32,000 nucleotides of DNA from Trichlorobacter lovleyi SZ. Its GTDB lineage: Bacteria > Desulfobacterota > Desulfuromonadia > Geobacterales > Pseudopelobacteraceae. A program made the position numbers and the translations under genes. Each line of letters opens with the position of its first letter. Position 1 is the first letter of the stretch. Positions 1-10,137 of this stretch are shown here, one piece after another. Under the pieces are notes generated by a model. It saw only the letters and a list, made by a program, of their open reading frames with translations. It was not told the DNA's origin and ran no database searches. The stretch spans positions 180,001-212,000 of the forward strand of contig NC_010814.1 of assembly GCF_000020385.1 (NCBI RefSeq), written 5' to 3'.

Positions 1-40
1 GTTAAGCTAAAGTGAGTGCACACTTGCAAGAGGGTCTTAA

Positions 41-643
41 ATGACTAAAAGAAGGCGGGAAACTACTGAGGTCAGGCAGCAGCAGATAACCGAGGCAGCA
101 ATGCAGGTTATTGGACAGAAGGGAATAAATGGTGCGACTACAGTTGAGATCGCCTCTGCGGCAGGCATCTCCGAAGGAAACCTTTATCGGCATTTCCGAA
201 ACAAAGAAGAAATCATAAAGTCGGTAATTGACAAGATCGGGAACGACTTGGCGGCGATACTGGCTGGCGTGGCAGAAATAAGTGATCCACTACAAAAGCT
301 GGAAATCACATTTAAACGCCACCTCATGTACATAGAAGGGAATGTTGGCGTTCCAAGAACAATTTTCTCAGAAGAAACAATTGTGGCGAATGAGAATCTT
401 CGAGCAAGGGTGAAAGGCACTATTTTAATGTACTTCCAAGGTGTCAAGGAAATAGTTGAACAGGGGCAGAAGATTGGTGCGCTTGGCACTGAAATGGACT
501 CGCAGGCGATCACCAGCATGTTCATCGGCACTATCCACTTTGCTGTCACGCGGTGGTTGATGAGTAATTTTGCACCGAAACTTACCGATGAGGCGGAGGG
601 GCTTTGGAAGAACTTTGCAATAGCAGTAACTCACAAAGATTAA
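41..643 (+). CDS. TetR/AcrR family transcriptional regulator
   Basis: 200 aa. N-terminal helix-turn-helix signature TTVEIASAAGISEGNLYRHFRNKEEI. AGAGGG about 8 nt upstream of the ATG. Clearly paralogous to the second TetR at 25816..26403. Confidence 0.9.
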   Translation: MTKRRRETTEVRQQQITEAAMQVIGQKGINGATTVEIASAAGISEGNLYRHFRNKEEIIKSVIDKIGNDLAAILAGVAEISDPLQKLEITFKRHLMYIEGNVGVPRTIFSEETIVANENLRARVKGTILMYFQGVKEIVEQGQKIGALGTEMDSQAITSMFIGTIHFAVTRWLMSNFAPKLTDEAEGLWKNFAIAVTHKD

Positions 644-676
644 AATTATACCAACACACCATTACAGGAGGAAATT

Positions 677-1315
677 ATGAAGAAACGTATCAATAAGTTT
701 GCTGGAACTTTGGCTGTTGCTGTTGCCTGCTTCGGTCTGCTGCTCACCCCACGGTTTGCCGCAGCCCATTGTGACACCATGGATGGTCCGGTTGTCCAAG
801 ATGCCCGAAAGGCTCTTAATACCAAAGATGTCACACCGGTTCTCAAATGGATACAGGTCAAGGATGAGAAAACTGTGAAAGATGCCTTCAAAAAGGCACT
901 CGCCGCTCAAGGGAAGAAACAACAGCAAGCTGCGGAGAAGAAGTTTTTCGAATCATTGGTAAGGGTCCACCGTGCTGGCGAAGGCGCACCCTTCACAGGC
1001 CTGAAGCCCGCAGGCGAAGTGGAGCCGGTTATCGCCGAGGCGGACAAAGCGTTGGCCGGAGGTTCTCCCGACGGCTTGGTAAAGATGGTGACCGATTCGG
1101 TCAGCCAAGGTATTCGCCAGAGATACGAGAAGGTGGCTGAAGCGCTCAAGCACAAGGATGAGAAAGTACAGAAAGGACGTGAATACGTGGAGGCCTACGT
1201 CGAATATACCCATTACGTGGAGCGCTTGCAGATGGATGCGGAGGGGCATGCGGCGCATCATGGGGAGTCTGCTCACAAAAAACATGCAGTTCAGAAGCTC
1301 GAGCATGGCCATTGA
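677..1315 (+). CDS. secreted hypothetical protein, DUF6448-like by recollection (predicted mature N-terminus HCDTMDGPVV, His-rich C-terminal tail)
   Basis: AGGAGG 7 nt upstream. Sec-type signal peptide ending FAAA, followed by HCDTMDGPVV. The C-terminus GHAAHHGESAHKKHAVQKLEHGH has 7 His in the last 22 residues (hand count). Confidence 0.75.
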   Translation: MKKRINKFAGTLAVAVACFGLLLTPRFAAAHCDTMDGPVVQDARKALNTKDVTPVLKWIQVKDEKTVKDAFKKALAAQGKKQQQAAEKKFFESLVRVHRAGEGAPFTGLKPAGEVEPVIAEADKALAGGSPDGLVKMVTDSVSQGIRQRYEKVAEALKHKDEKVQKGREYVEAYVEYTHYVERLQMDAEGHAAHHGESAHKKHAVQKLEHGH

Positions 1316-1373
1316 TCACGCACTGAATAATAGGTTGTGATTTTCGTTTTGGAAATAAAACTGTCACAAGCAC

Positions 1374-1580
1374 ATGGAGACGACAATGGCAAAAAAAGCA
1401 TGGGTTGATCAGGCTGAATGCATTAGCTGCGGACTGTGTGTTGACAACCTACCCGATGTCTTCCGTTTTGATGATAGCGGCAAGGCGGAATGTTTTGATT
1501 CCTATGCTGCAACCGAGGATGAAATCCAAGCCAATGCCATCGATATATGCCCTGTATCGTGTATCCATTGGGAGGAGTGA
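1374..1580 (+). CDS. small ferredoxin (single Fe-S cluster type)
   Basis: Motif CISCGLCVDNLPDVF ... CPVSCIHWEE is typical of small 3Fe-4S/4Fe-4S ferredoxins. The true start may be ATG 1386 (MAKKAW...), which has GGAG upstream. Confidence 0.85.
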   Translation: METTMAKKAWVDQAECISCGLCVDNLPDVFRFDDSGKAECFDSYAATEDEIQANAIDICPVSCIHWEE

Positions 1581-1608
1581 ATTTTAAATCGTAGCCAAAG
1601 GAGATGTT

Positions 1609-2319
1609 ATGCAAGAAATAACAGGGAACAAAACCATCGGTGAGATTGTCGCAACAGATTTCAGGACTGCCACAGTATTTGAAAAACACGGCATCGATTT
1701 TTGCTGCGGTGGCAAGGTTGCTCTCGCGGCAACTTGCACAGAGAAAAGACTCGATCTTAACACGATAACAAGCGAACTTGAGGCGGTGCAGAATGAACCT
1801 GTTGAACGGGACCAGAATTATTCATCATGGTCGCTGCCGTTTCTTGCCGACTATATCGTCAATACGCACCATGTTTATCTCAAGGAGAATGATGAGCAGA
1901 TTGCCGCTTATGCCCGAAAGATTGCCGGTGTTCATGGGGCACACCACCCTGAGGTAATCCGGATCGCGACAATTTTCGAGAAGATCGCAACCGACATGGT
2001 TGGGCATCTGAAGGAGGAGGAAGAGGTGTTCTTCCCAGCTCTCAAGCGTGCCGATGCGGCTAGAACAGCAGGTTCGACACCTGAGGCCAAGGATCGGGAA
2101 ACAATCCGGGTGTCTCTGCTCAGGCTCCATCGCGAGCACGAAGAGATCGGCGATGCCATCCATGAGATCCGCCATCTCGCAAATGATTATGTGATCCCTG
2201 ACGATGTCTGCAATACCTTCATGCTAACCTACAAGAAGCTCAGTGAGTTTGAAGATGATCTCCACAAGCATGTTCATCTGGAGAATAACATTCTCTTCTT
2301 GAAGGCGACGCAACTTTAA
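1609..2319 (+). CDS. ytfE: iron-sulfur cluster repair di-iron protein (RIC / YtfE / ScdA family)
   Basis: 236 aa. N-terminal ScdA_N-type segment ATDFRTATVFEKHGIDFCCGG, followed by hemerythrin-like His/Glu motifs (HHVYLKEND, HLKEEEEVFFP, HREHEEIG, HKHVHLENNILF). AAGGAG RBS. Confidence 0.9.
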   Translation: MQEITGNKTIGEIVATDFRTATVFEKHGIDFCCGGKVALAATCTEKRLDLNTITSELEAVQNEPVERDQNYSSWSLPFLADYIVNTHHVYLKENDEQIAAYARKIAGVHGAHHPEVIRIATIFEKIATDMVGHLKEEEEVFFPALKRADAARTAGSTPEAKDRETIRVSLLRLHREHEEIGDAIHEIRHLANDYVIPDDVCNTFMLTYKKLSEFEDDLHKHVHLENNILFLKATQL

Positions 2320-2394
2320 TATCGTGCTGCTTTTCAGAGGGATTGGTGCTGAGTTTATTGTGATTGGTTCAAAGACAGTACAAAAAAGGAAGCC

Positions 2395-3120
2395 ATGAAG
2401 AGAATCCTGAAATATGACTGGGATGCCATTGCCGGGATAATTGCGGCAGTTGCGGCAATTGTCATGCACATGTTGCATGTGGTTGAAGCGGAAGTTCTGT
2501 TAATGATCTCCGTTGTTCTTATCGCTCTGTTATTCCTGCGCGATTTACGGCGTGAGCGACAATCCGAGCATATCGAAGCATCTCTTCACCAGACCGAAGT
2601 GACGGTCAAGGACATACTATCTCAGCTGAGCCCTCCGGATGCAGTGCTGGTCGGGCCACTGAGCATTCGCCAAGCGATGGAAGATTTTTCCCGCCGAGCG
2701 CGCAATGAAATGTTGTGGTTTCACGTCTGCCCCGTCATGTTCAAGCGCCAAGAGTTATTTGATGCACTTCTGAAAACCGCTATCGAAAACCCGGCAGTAA
2801 AATCAATCCAGTTTATCCTCGACACCAGTGATCGGGAGATGTGGGAAAGCGAAGTTGTGCCCAAAATAAAGCGCTGTGCTAACCAGGACAAAGTTCGAGA
2901 GACCATTTGGACCTCCATCTCAGGAGGTGTTTCAGCAATCATCTCCGATCTTGACAAAGAGGGCAAAACTGAATGTTTGCTGAGTTTCTGGGGGGAACCG
3001 TTCATGGCGAGAACACCCAGCCACAACGTACCCCGTTATGTCTTTCACGTGCAGAGCCATTCTGAGCTGGTAGGACGAATGGTTGAAGTTGTCCGTACGG
3101 CGTGTTTGCATAAATGCTGA
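2395..3120 (+). CDS. hypothetical membrane-anchored protein (two N-terminal TM helices plus a ~170 aa soluble domain)
   Basis: 241-aa ORF with an AGGAAG RBS. Hydrophobic N-terminus AIAGIIAAVAAIVMHML / LLMISVVLIALLFL. I recognise no family. Confidence 0.65.
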   Translation: MKRILKYDWDAIAGIIAAVAAIVMHMLHVVEAEVLLMISVVLIALLFLRDLRRERQSEHIEASLHQTEVTVKDILSQLSPPDAVLVGPLSIRQAMEDFSRRARNEMLWFHVCPVMFKRQELFDALLKTAIENPAVKSIQFILDTSDREMWESEVVPKIKRCANQDKVRETIWTSISGGVSAIISDLDKEGKTECLLSFWGEPFMARTPSHNVPRYVFHVQSHSELVGRMVEVVRTACLHKC

Positions 3121-3179
3121 ATCTAATCGCTCTCTGCAATAAGGTTTCAGTCGGCAAAACGATAGTAGGATGGAATCTT

Positions 3180-4106
3180 ATGCCAAAAAAAGTTTTACAG
3201 CAAATTGTCGGATTATTTCTCTTTATGTCATTCGTGATGTTGCTGCCCCATCAGGTTGGTGCTACCGAGGAGTATGCCAAGCAGACCGCCCAGGCATGCG
3301 CTATCTGCCACTTTGATCCTGGAGGTGGAGGAGAACTGACAACGGCCGGTAAGGCATTTGCCGAATCTCTCCAAATCAAGAAAGTAAACCCTGAAAGGGG
3401 CACATTCGTAAAAGTGTTCCGATTGGCAATCGGCTATATCCACTTCCTGACTGCAATTTTCTGGTTCGGTACGATCCTTTACGTGCACCTAATTCTCAAG
3501 CCAGCTTATGCGGCCAGCGGCCTCCCACGCGGTGAACTGAGAGTCGGGATCGTCTCGATGATTGTCATTGGTGTAACCGGTTCCATTTTGACCTACTATC
3601 GGGTGTCTTCATCGGACACACTCTTCCACACTCGCTTCGGCATTCTACTGACCATAAAGATCTGCCTCTATCTGGTGATGGTGCTCTCTGCCCTGTTCGT
3701 TATCACCGTCATCGGACCGCGCCTCAAAGCAAAAAGGAAGGAACTGTTATACCCTAACAGTACTGGCGAATTAACTCTTGAGGGTTTGGCAAGCTACGAT
3801 GGGATAGAAGGACGGCCTGCCTATTTTGCCTTCGAGGGAAAAATCTACGATGCAACTCACAGCCTGCTCTGGAAACAGGGCACGCACATGGGGAGACACA
3901 ATGCCGGCAATGACTTGACAGAAGCGTTGAATCTTGCACCGCATGGTCGAGAGAAGGTGACTGCCATGACTGTCGTAGGGGAGCTCATCGCTTCAAGTCC
4001 TCGAAAAGCACCACTGCACGAACGGGTATTTTTCTTCATGGCACATATGAACCTGACGCTTGTTTTCATCATTATTCTGATACTTTCTCTTTGGAGATGG
4101 GGGTAA
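3180..4106 (+). CDS. membrane protein with one c-type heme motif, a CopD-like TM core and a cytochrome b5-like heme/steroid-binding domain
   Basis: Start moved from 3114 to ATG 3180 (MPKKVL, AGGATGG upstream), because 3114 overlaps the previous gene. Elements in order: signal/anchor, CAICH, three central TM helices, the b5-like stretch GRPAYFAFEGKIYDATHSLLWKQGTHMGRHNAGNDLT, and one C-terminal TM helix. Confidence 0.8.
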   Translation: MPKKVLQQIVGLFLFMSFVMLLPHQVGATEEYAKQTAQACAICHFDPGGGGELTTAGKAFAESLQIKKVNPERGTFVKVFRLAIGYIHFLTAIFWFGTILYVHLILKPAYAASGLPRGELRVGIVSMIVIGVTGSILTYYRVSSSDTLFHTRFGILLTIKICLYLVMVLSALFVITVIGPRLKAKRKELLYPNSTGELTLEGLASYDGIEGRPAYFAFEGKIYDATHSLLWKQGTHMGRHNAGNDLTEALNLAPHGREKVTAMTVVGELIASSPRKAPLHERVFFFMAHMNLTLVFIIILILSLWRWG

Positions 4107-4138
4107 GTGATATCCAATAAGTTATATACAAACAGTTT

Positions 4139-4152
4139 TTGACTTGAATCAA
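4139..4152. promoter_or_regulatory. FNR/CRP-family binding-site candidate TTGAC-TTGA-ATCAA upstream of the nar operon
   Basis: 13 of 14 match to TTGAT-N4-ATCAA when the spacer is counted as free. Lies in an AT-rich 190-bp intergenic gap, about 165 bp before the narC-like start. An A/T-rich -10-like TAAAAG sits about 28 nt downstream of the box centre. Confidence 0.55.
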
Positions 4153-4311
4153 TTTATTTAGTGCGAATACGAGTAAAAGATATGACACTGATTATTGGAT
4201 TCTTAATGGCTCAATGTTTCCCTCCGCTTGTCTAATAAATGTTGTTTGGTTTGTCCCAATAAAAACTGAAAACAAAGGCTCATTTTTCGGACCATGGAAA
4301 GGGAGAACGAT

Positions 4312-5106
4312 ATGGCAAATCGAAACAGGTTTCTCAGTTGTTTCAGCACGTTGCTGGTTTTAATTGCAAGCAGCTATCCAGTGCAAGCAGATCAAGGCAA
4401 GGATCTGTTCGATAAACAGTGTGCCAGTTGCCATACTATTGGTGGAGGTGATGGGGGAGGCCCTGATTTGAAGGGGGTTACAGAAAAACAGACCGGTGAC
4501 TGGCTGGTGCGGGTCATTGTCGAACCGGACAAATTGACTGCGGCCAAAGACCCCCATCAGGCCGAACTGGTAAAGAAATTTGGCTTCGAAATGCCAAACC
4601 TTGGCATAAGCTCTGAAGATGCCAAAAAGATCATTGCCTACCTCGCAACCGCTGGTGGTGTTGCCGCATCATCTAGCTCAGTTCCTGCTCCAGAAAAAAC
4701 AGAGCTTTTGGTTACCCCAGAACTGATCGCTCAGGGGAAGGCGCTCTTTACTGGCAGCAAGCGCTTTGCCAAAGGCGGTGCACCTTGTCTTTCCTGCCAC
4801 CCCTTCACCTATCCCGGCATTTCCGGAGGCAACCTCTCTATTGCCGATCTGAACAAGTCCTATAAAAAAATGGGTGATGCGGGGATGCAGGGCGCGCTCA
4901 AAGCGCTCAAATTCCCAATTATGAAGAATATGTATGCCGATCGGCCGTTGACAGATGATGAAATCAAAGCGCTGATGGCTCTGTTTAAGGACTCTGCTGC
5001 CCAGAAAGAGGGGACTGGCGGATTTAAGACCTTCCAGCTGGCAGGCGGAATCCTGTTTTTCGGGTTATTACTGGGCTTGGCTCTCTATAAAAGGAGGATC
5101 AGATAA
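4312..5106 (+). CDS. membrane-anchored diheme c-type cytochrome, NarC-like, first gene of the nar operon
   Basis: Two CxxCH motifs (CASCH, CLSCH). Signal peptide ending VQA. C-terminal TM anchor FQLAGGILFFGLLLGLALY followed by KRRIR. Stop overlaps the narG start (TAATG). ATG 4312 is preferred over 4294 because AGGGAG lies 7 nt upstream. Confidence 0.85.
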   Translation: MANRNRFLSCFSTLLVLIASSYPVQADQGKDLFDKQCASCHTIGGGDGGGPDLKGVTEKQTGDWLVRVIVEPDKLTAAKDPHQAELVKKFGFEMPNLGISSEDAKKIIAYLATAGGVAASSSSVPAPEKTELLVTPELIAQGKALFTGSKRFAKGGAPCLSCHPFTYPGISGGNLSIADLNKSYKKMGDAGMQGALKALKFPIMKNMYADRPLTDDEIKALMALFKDSAAQKEGTGGFKTFQLAGGILFFGLLLGLALYKRRIR

Positions 5107-8100
5107 TGGCGAACGAGCGGATCAAGGATGACCATAGTCCCTGCGACCGGGGGTGGGAGGAATTTTACCGAAATCGGTGGCAGCACGACAAGGTGGTGCG
5201 GAGCACCCACGGTGTCAACTGCACCGGCGGCTGCAGCTGGATGGTTCATGTCAAGGACGGCATTGTTGGTTGGGAACTGCAGGCCAACGATTATCCGCAG
5301 TTCAACGGCGACCTCCCCAATCATGAACCGCGCGGCTGCCCTCGCGGAATCAGCTTTTCCTGGTATCTCTACAGTCCGCTGCGGGTCAAGCATCCCTACA
5401 TGCGCGGTGTACTTATTGATCTTTGGCGTCAGGCCCGCGCGGTTCATGACGATCCGGTTGAGGCTTGGAAGAGCATTGTCGAGAACTCCGAGTCGCGCGA
5501 GAGTTACGTCAGCAAACGTGGTATGGGAGGTTTCCGTCGTGCCTCGTGGGACGAGGCAAATGAGCTTATCGCCGCGTCTTCCCTCTACACGGCTAAGAAA
5601 CACGGACCGGACCGGGTCATCGGCTTTTCGCCCATTCCGGCCATGTCGATGATCAGTTATGCAGCTGGTACCCGCTTCCTGCAGCTGCTTGGCGGCGTTG
5701 CCATGAGTTTCTACGACTGGTACTGCGACCTGCCGCCGGCATCTCCGCAGGTATGGGGTGAGCAGACCGATGTCAACGAATCAGCCGACTGGTATAACGC
5801 CTCCTACATCGTCCTGTGTGGTTCCAACGTCCCAATGACCCGCACGCCGGATGCTCACTTCATGACTGAGGCCCGCTATCGCGGCACCAAAGTGGTGGTC
5901 ATGTCCCCCGATTACAGCATGGCCAGCAAGTTTGCCGATGCCTGGCTGCCAGTGGAACAGGGGCACGATGGCGCCTTCTGGATGGCGGTCAACCACGTGA
6001 TCTTGACCGAGTTCTACGCCAACCGCCAGGTCCCCTTCTTTGACGAATACGTACGCAAGTATACCGACCTGCCGTTCCTGGTCAAACTGATCGAGAAAGA
6101 TGGCGCGTTACTGCAGGGAGAATTTTTGCGTGCGGCCGATCTGGAGCGAGGCGAAGGTATCGAAAATGCCGACTGGACCCTCTGTGTCGGCGACAGTGCC
6201 GGAAAAGTCCGCTTCCCCCATGGCAGTGTCGGTTCCCGCTGGAGCAAACAGGAGGGGAACTGGAACCTGGATATGGTGGACCTGGTGGATGGCGGCGATA
6301 TTGACTGCTGCCTGACCAACATTGGCCAGGATACCCGTACAGTACGTTTCTCCTTCGAGGCCGACGGTGACATACTCCGGGATGTTCCGGTCAGACGCGT
6401 CATGACGAAAGTCGGGGAGATTACTGTTGCTACTGTTTTTGACCTACTTATGGGCCAGTTCGGTGTTTCGCGCGGTCTTGGGGGCGATTATCCGGCTAAC
6501 TACCAGGACGACAAGCCTTTTACCCCCACCTGGCAGGAAAAATATACCGGCATCGCCGCCGATACCCTGATAACAATTGCTCGTGAATGGTCCGTTAATG
6601 GCGAACAGAGCGGCGGTCGCAACATGATTATCATTGGAGCAGGTGTCAACCACTGGTATCACAACGACCTCATATACCGGGCTGCTATAACCGCCCTGAT
6701 CCTGACCGGGAGCGTTGGACGGAACGGCGCCGGCCTGGCCCACTATGTTGGCCAGGAAAAGGTGGTGCCGCTGGCCCCCTGGACCTCCATCGCCATGGCC
6801 CAGGACTGGACTAAGGCATCGCGGCTGCAAAACACTCCGAGCTTCTGGTATATGCATTCGGACCAGTGGCGTTATGATCGCAATTTCGTCGATTACTTCA
6901 AGCCCGAAACCGGTGTGAATATGCCGATGCACACCGCCGACTTCAACGCCAAGGCGGTCCGGCTCGGCTGGCTACCTTTCTCGCCCCATTTCAACGAAAG
7001 CCCGGTCCGTCTGATGGAGCAGGCGCAGGCGGCCGGAGCTTTGAGCGACGATGAAGTCCGCGCTTGGCTGATCAAGCGGCTCAAGAGTGGCGAAACCCGC
7101 TTCGCCATAGAGGACCCGGATGGTGAAGGGAACTCCCCCAAAGTCTGGTTTATTTGGCGCGGCAATGCCATCTCCTCCAGTGCCAAAGGGCATGAGTTTT
7201 TCCTCAAGCATGTCATCGGCGCTCCCAACAGCAGTTTTACTGCCAGAGAGGCAGCAAAGGGACAGGTCAAGGATATCGTCTGGCACGAAAAGGCCCCCAC
7301 CGGCAAGATGGACCTGGTGGTGGATCTCAACTTCCGCATGGACACCTCAACCCTTTATTCGGACATCGTCCTGCCGGCAGCTACCTGGTACGAGAAATCG
7401 GACCTGAACACCACCGATATGCACTCCTTTGTCAACTGCATGGATGCCGCCGTTGATCCGGCTTGGGAATCAAAATCCGATTGGAATATTTTCGCCGGGA
7501 TCGCCAAAAAGGTCAGCGAACTTTCGCCAAAACACTTTCCCACACCATTCAAAGACATTATTGCCGCGCCTCTACAGCATGACACACCGGGTGAAATTGC
7601 CCAGCGAAATGTGAAGGATTGGAAGCTGGGTGAGTGTGAGGCGATTCCAGGCAAGACCATGCCGAATCTGCCGATCGTTGAACGCGATTACGTCAATCTC
7701 TACAACCGCTTTATGTCCCTCGGACCACACATCGGCCATCTCCATGCCCATGGGGTCAGCTGGGAGGCGGACGACGTCCACGAAAAGCTCCTTACAACAA
7801 TGCCGACCCGCTCCTGGGGAGATAAGACCTTCATCGATATGGAGGATGTGCGCAACGTCGCCGACGTAATTATGGCCCTCGCCCCGGAGACCAACGGTGA
7901 ACTGGCACATCGAGCTTACCAGACCCTGGAGAAGCGAGTCGGCAAGCCGCTGGCACAAATATCGGAGGGTGACCGCAACTTTCGTATCACCTGGGAGGAG
8001 GTGACCCAAAAACCGCGTCGCCACCTCAGTTCTCCGGTCTGGAGCGGCCTGGTCAACGAAAACCGTCCCTACGCGCCATTCACTCTGAACGTAGAGCACG

Positions 8101-8681
8101 GCGTGCCCTGGCGAACCCTCTCCGGCCGCCAGTCGCTGTACCTCGACCACCCTTATTACGGTGAATTCAACGAAGGACTGCCGACTTTCAAAGGTAAGCT
8201 CAACCCTGCGCTAATGGACGAAACAGAGGGGGAAACCGGGCTGATTCTCAACTTCCTGACACCGCACGGCAAGTGGAGCATCCACTCCACCTACAGCGAC
8301 AACCAGAGAATGTTGACCCTTTCGCGTGGCGGCCCTGTTGTCTGGCTCAACCATGAAGATGCGGCGAGTGCCGGGATTGAAGACAATGAGGAGATCGAGG
8401 TCTTTAACGCCAACGGTGTAGTGACCAGTCGAGCCGTCGTTTCGTCACGCATCCCACGCGGGGCAGCGGTCATGTACCATGCGCCGGAGCGCACCCTCAA
8501 TGTCAAAAAATCCCGGAAAAGCGGCAAGCACGGTGGTGTCCACAACAGTCTCTCCCGCATCCGCCTGAAGCCGACCCTGATGCTCGGCGGTTACGCACAA
8601 TTCAGCTATTACTTCAACTACTGGGGGCCGACCGGCGTAAACCGTGACAGCTACGTGGTAGTCAGAAAGTTGAGGGGGTGA
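5106..8681 (+). CDS. narG: respiratory nitrate reductase alpha subunit
   Basis: 1191 aa. N-terminal H-x3-C-x3-C cluster motif (HGVNCTGGCSW) characteristic of NarG. Molybdopterin-oxidoreductase-sized protein followed by narHJI. No twin-arginine signal. Confidence 0.97.
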   Translation: MANERIKDDHSPCDRGWEEFYRNRWQHDKVVRSTHGVNCTGGCSWMVHVKDGIVGWELQANDYPQFNGDLPNHEPRGCPRGISFSWYLYSPLRVKHPYMRGVLIDLWRQARAVHDDPVEAWKSIVENSESRESYVSKRGMGGFRRASWDEANELIAASSLYTAKKHGPDRVIGFSPIPAMSMISYAAGTRFLQLLGGVAMSFYDWYCDLPPASPQVWGEQTDVNESADWYNASYIVLCGSNVPMTRTPDAHFMTEARYRGTKVVVMSPDYSMASKFADAWLPVEQGHDGAFWMAVNHVILTEFYANRQVPFFDEYVRKYTDLPFLVKLIEKDGALLQGEFLRAADLERGEGIENADWTLCVGDSAGKVRFPHGSVGSRWSKQEGNWNLDMVDLVDGGDIDCCLTNIGQDTRTVRFSFEADGDILRDVPVRRVMTKVGEITVATVFDLLMGQFGVSRGLGGDYPANYQDDKPFTPTWQEKYTGIAADTLITIAREWSVNGEQSGGRNMIIIGAGVNHWYHNDLIYRAAITALILTGSVGRNGAGLAHYVGQEKVVPLAPWTSIAMAQDWTKASRLQNTPSFWYMHSDQWRYDRNFVDYFKPETGVNMPMHTADFNAKAVRLGWLPFSPHFNESPVRLMEQAQAAGALSDDEVRAWLIKRLKSGETRFAIEDPDGEGNSPKVWFIWRGNAISSSAKGHEFFLKHVIGAPNSSFTAREAAKGQVKDIVWHEKAPTGKMDLVVDLNFRMDTSTLYSDIVLPAATWYEKSDLNTTDMHSFVNCMDAAVDPAWESKSDWNIFAGIAKKVSELSPKHFPTPFKDIIAAPLQHDTPGEIAQRNVKDWKLGECEAIPGKTMPNLPIVERDYVNLYNRFMSLGPHIGHLHAHGVSWEADDVHEKLLTTMPTRSWGDKTFIDMEDVRNVADVIMALAPETNGELAHRAYQTLEKRVGKPLAQISEGDRNFRITWEEVTQKPRRHLSSPVWSGLVNENRPYAPFTLNVEHGVPWRTLSGRQSLYLDHPYYGEFNEGLPTFKGKLNPALMDETEGETGLILNFLTPHGKWSIHSTYSDNQRMLTLSRGGPVVWLNHEDAASAGIEDNEEIEVFNANGVVTSRAVVSSRIPRGAAVMYHAPERTLNVKKSRKSGKHGGVHNSLSRIRLKPTLMLGGYAQFSYYFNYWGPTGVNRDSYVVVRKLRG

Positions 8682-8685
8682 GGCA

Positions 8686-10133
<1,448 letters not shown>

Positions 10134-10137
<4 letters not shown>

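Noticed and set aside
10-25. Imperfect palindrome AAGTGAGTGCACACTT upstream of the first tetR.
   Set aside because: Only the outer 5-bp arms pair cleanly, and it sits at the window edge, so the promoter context is not visible. It is mentioned only as a possible relative of the ATGTGAA operator.
184-634. Antisense ORFs (184..549 and 425..634, minus strand) inside the first tetR gene. Similar ORFs lie opposite or out of frame in ric, moeA, nrfA, hcp, ndh and other genes.
   Set aside because: They lie wholly within strongly supported genes, lack RBSs and have no recognisable motifs. They are typical shadow ORFs.
4182-4235. 17-aa hydrophobic sORF (MTLIIGFLMAQCFPPLV) in the nar leader.
   Set aside because: No convincing RBS and no second copy or other support. 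It is likely chance.
4153-4311. Possible molybdenum-cofactor (Moco) riboswitch in the long leader of the nar operon (contains CCCTCCG and GGAAAGGGAG-like strings).
   Set aside because: I could not draw the conserved Moco-motif helices, and the region is AT-rich with little pairing. A cmsearch with Rfam RF01055 would decide. A hit above the gathering threshold would overturn this rejection.
5106-5200. A twin-arginine export signal on NarG, which would indicate a periplasmic pNar-type enzyme.
   Set aside because: The N-terminus MANERIKDDHSPCDRGWEEF has no RR motif or hydrophobic h-region. A NarI subunit is also present. The enzyme is the standard cytoplasm-facing type.
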